From the NCBI GenBank assembly GCA_964016885.1, contig OZ024745.1, positions 4,526,001 through 4,590,000 of the forward strand: DNA of 64,000 nucleotides, read 5' to 3'. Each line of letters begins with the position of its first letter. The first letter of the stretch is position 1. The translations under genes and the position numbers were made by a program. The notes beneath the pieces were generated by a model. The model was not told where the DNA came from and searched no databases. It worked only from the letters and a program-made list of their open reading frames with translations. Positions 62,331 to 64,000 of the stretch are shown in pieces. The DNA comes from Eledone cirrhosa. Its lineage: Eukaryota.

Positions 62331-64000
62331 AGAACATCGTGGTATTTGGCTCTCTTCTCTCTCAGAACATCGTGGTATTTGGCTCTCTTCTCTCTCACAA
62401 CATCATGGTATTTGGCTCTTTTCTCTCTCATTTAGAACATCGTGGTATTTGGCTCTCTTCTCTCTCAGTTAGAACATCGTGGTATTTGGTTCTCTTCTCT
62501 CTCAGAACATCGTGGTATTTGGCTCTCTTCTCTCTCACAACATCGTGGTATCTGGCTCTCTTCTCTCTCAGAACATCGTGGTATTTGGCTCTCTTCTCTC
62601 TCAGGACATCGTGGTATTTGGCTCTATTCTCTCTCAGGACATCGTGGTATTTGGCTCTCTTCTCTCTCAGGACATCGTGGTATTTGGCTCTCTTCTCTCT
62701 CAGAACATCGTGGTATCTGGCTCACTTCTCTTTCAGGACATCGTGGTATTTGGCTCTCTTCTCTCTCAGTTAGAACATCGTGGTATTTGGCTCTCTTCCC
62801 TCTCAGAACATCGTGGTATTTGGCTCTCTTCTCTCTCAGAACATCGTGGTATCTGGCTCTCTTCTCTCTCAAAACATCGTGGTATTTGGCTCGCTTCTTT
62901 CTCAGAACACCGTGGTATCTGGCTCTCTTCTCTCTCAGAACACCGTGGTATCTGGCTCTCTTCTCTCTTAGAACATCGTGGTATCTGGCTCTCTTCTCTC
63001 TCAGAACATCGTGGTATCTGGCTCTCTTCTCTCTTAGAACATCGTGGTATTTGGCTCTCTTCTCTCTCAGTTAGAACATCGTGGCATTTGGCTCTCTTCT
63101 CTCTCAGTTAGAACATCGTTGTATTTGGCTCTCTTCTTTCTCAGAACATCGTGGTATTTGGCTCTCTTCTCTCTCAGAACATCGTGGTATCTGGGTCTCT
63201 TCTCTCTCAGTTAGAACATCGTGGTATTTGGCTCTCTTCTCTCTCAGAACATTGTGGTATTTGGCTCTCTTCTCTCTCAGTTAGAAAATCGTGGTATTTG
63301 CCTCTCTTCTCTCTCAGAACATCGTGGTATTTGGCTCTCTTCTCTCTCAGAACATCGTGGTATCTGGCTCTCTTCTCTCTCAGTTAGAACATCGTGGTAT
63401 TTGGCTCTCTTCTCTCTCAGAACATCGTGGTATTTGGCTCTCTTCTCTCTCACAACATCATGGTATTTGGCTCTCTTCTCTCTCATTTAGAACATCGTGG
63501 TATTTGGGTCTCTTCTCTCTCAGTTAGAACATCGTGGTATTTGGTTCTCTTCTCTCTCAGAACATCGTGGTATTTGGCTCTCTTCTCTCTCACAACATCG
63601 TGGTATCTGGCTCTCTTCTCTCTCAGAACATCGTGGTATTTGGCTCTCTTCTCTCTCAGGACATCGTGGTATTTGGCTCTCTTCTCTCTCAGGACATCGT
63701 GGTATTTGGCTCTCTTCTCTCTCAGGACATCGTGGTATTTGGCTCTCTTCTCTCTCAGTACATCGTGGTATCTGGCTCACTTCTCTCTCAGGACACCGTG
63801 GTATTTGGCTCTCTTCTCTCTCAGTTAGAACATCGTGGTATTTCGCTCTCTTCCCTCTCAGAACATCGTGGTATTTGGCTCTCTTCTCTCTCAGAACATC
63901 GTGGTATCTGGCTCTCTTCTCTCTCAAAACATCGTGGTATTTGGCTCGCTTCTTTCTCAGAACACCGTGGTATCTGGCTCTCTTCTCTCTCAGAACACCG
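62325..64000 (+). repeat. 1055-bp higher-order duplication, second copy truncated by the window end
   Basis: ORF pair 62339/63394. The marker AAAACATCGTGGTATTTGGCTCGCTTCTTTC occurs at 62871 and 63926, and both copies carry an AGGACATC cluster. Confidence 0.87.

Larger units (their letters stand above)
1..64000 (+). repeat. Tandem satellite / giant minisatellite array with 33-bp monomer (AGAACATCGTGGTATYTGGCTCTCTTCTCTCTC) and 37-bp variant (+AGTT), running off both window ends
   Basis: The monomer can be read continuously from base 1 to 64000, always in the same orientation, and I saw no non-repeat interruption. The + strand consensus is 22/33 pyrimidine and 15/33 GC. The ORF track contains only the repeat translations (EHRGIWLSSLS, RTSWYLALFSL, QNIVVFGSLLS and their reverse frames). 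Confidence 0.99.
28100..64000 (+). repeat. Right satellite subfamily domain (TATCTGG-rich, longer runs of pure 33-mers, many CACCGT monomers)
   Basis: Monomers shift towards GGTATCTGG, visible in the ORF track as VVFG changing to VVSG. New markers appear (AGGACATC, GGCTCGCTTCTTTC, AGTAAG, AGCTAG, AGATCA). TATTTGG-rich patches persist locally. Confidence 0.75.

Noticed and set aside
22-63927. Hundreds of ORFs of 61-326 aa, including 28581-29561, suggesting a repetitive protein or a frameshift-switched protein system
   Set aside because: The 33-mer is a multiple of 3 and stop-free in the + frames, so ORFs arise automatically. Each 37-mer shifts the frame and supplies a TAG. All frames overlap, starts are mostly GTG/TTG, there is no unique domain, and I saw no codon-position bias in the variants.
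1-64000. CRISPR array, because the unit length of 33-37 bp is CRISPR-like
   Set aside because: The units are directly adjacent with no unique spacers, no leader and no cas genes.
1-64000. Transposon insertions, inversions or hairpin-forming inverted repeats
   Set aside because: I saw no non-satellite segment and no reverse-orientation monomer, and the monomer has no substantial palindrome.
1-64000. The 33/37 pattern as an information-bearing code or a diversity-generating cassette library
   Set aside because: The pattern is adequately explained by nested duplication and unequal exchange, and no recombinase, reverse transcriptase or expression site is present in the window.

Overview
The whole 64 kb window is one head-to-tail tandem satellite array in a single orientation. 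I saw no unique sequence, gene, RNA gene, transposon or CRISPR spacer. The monomer is 33 bp (consensus AGAACATCGTGGTATYTGGCTCTCTTCTCTCTC), interspersed with a 37-bp form carrying an extra 4 bp (usually AGTT) at the monomer junction; window length divided by ~34 bp gives roughly 1,850-1,900 monomers. Every ORF in the track is a translation of this repeat. The structure lies in the variant pattern: linked monomer haplotypes, short sub-periods (70, 99, 103, 136 bp), recent multi-kb duplications (offsets 474, 1055, 1710, 2085, 2410, ~3.0-3.25 kb, 3.7-5.0 kb, ~4.35-4.6 kb, 8147/8149 bp), a subfamily switch near 28 kb, and older 15-18 kb recurrences. This looks like eukaryotic heterochromatic, (peri)centromeric or subtelomeric satellite, or a giant minisatellite/VNTR. 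I cannot name the organism or repeat family. I found no support for a novel protein-coding system, and all functional ideas below are inference.
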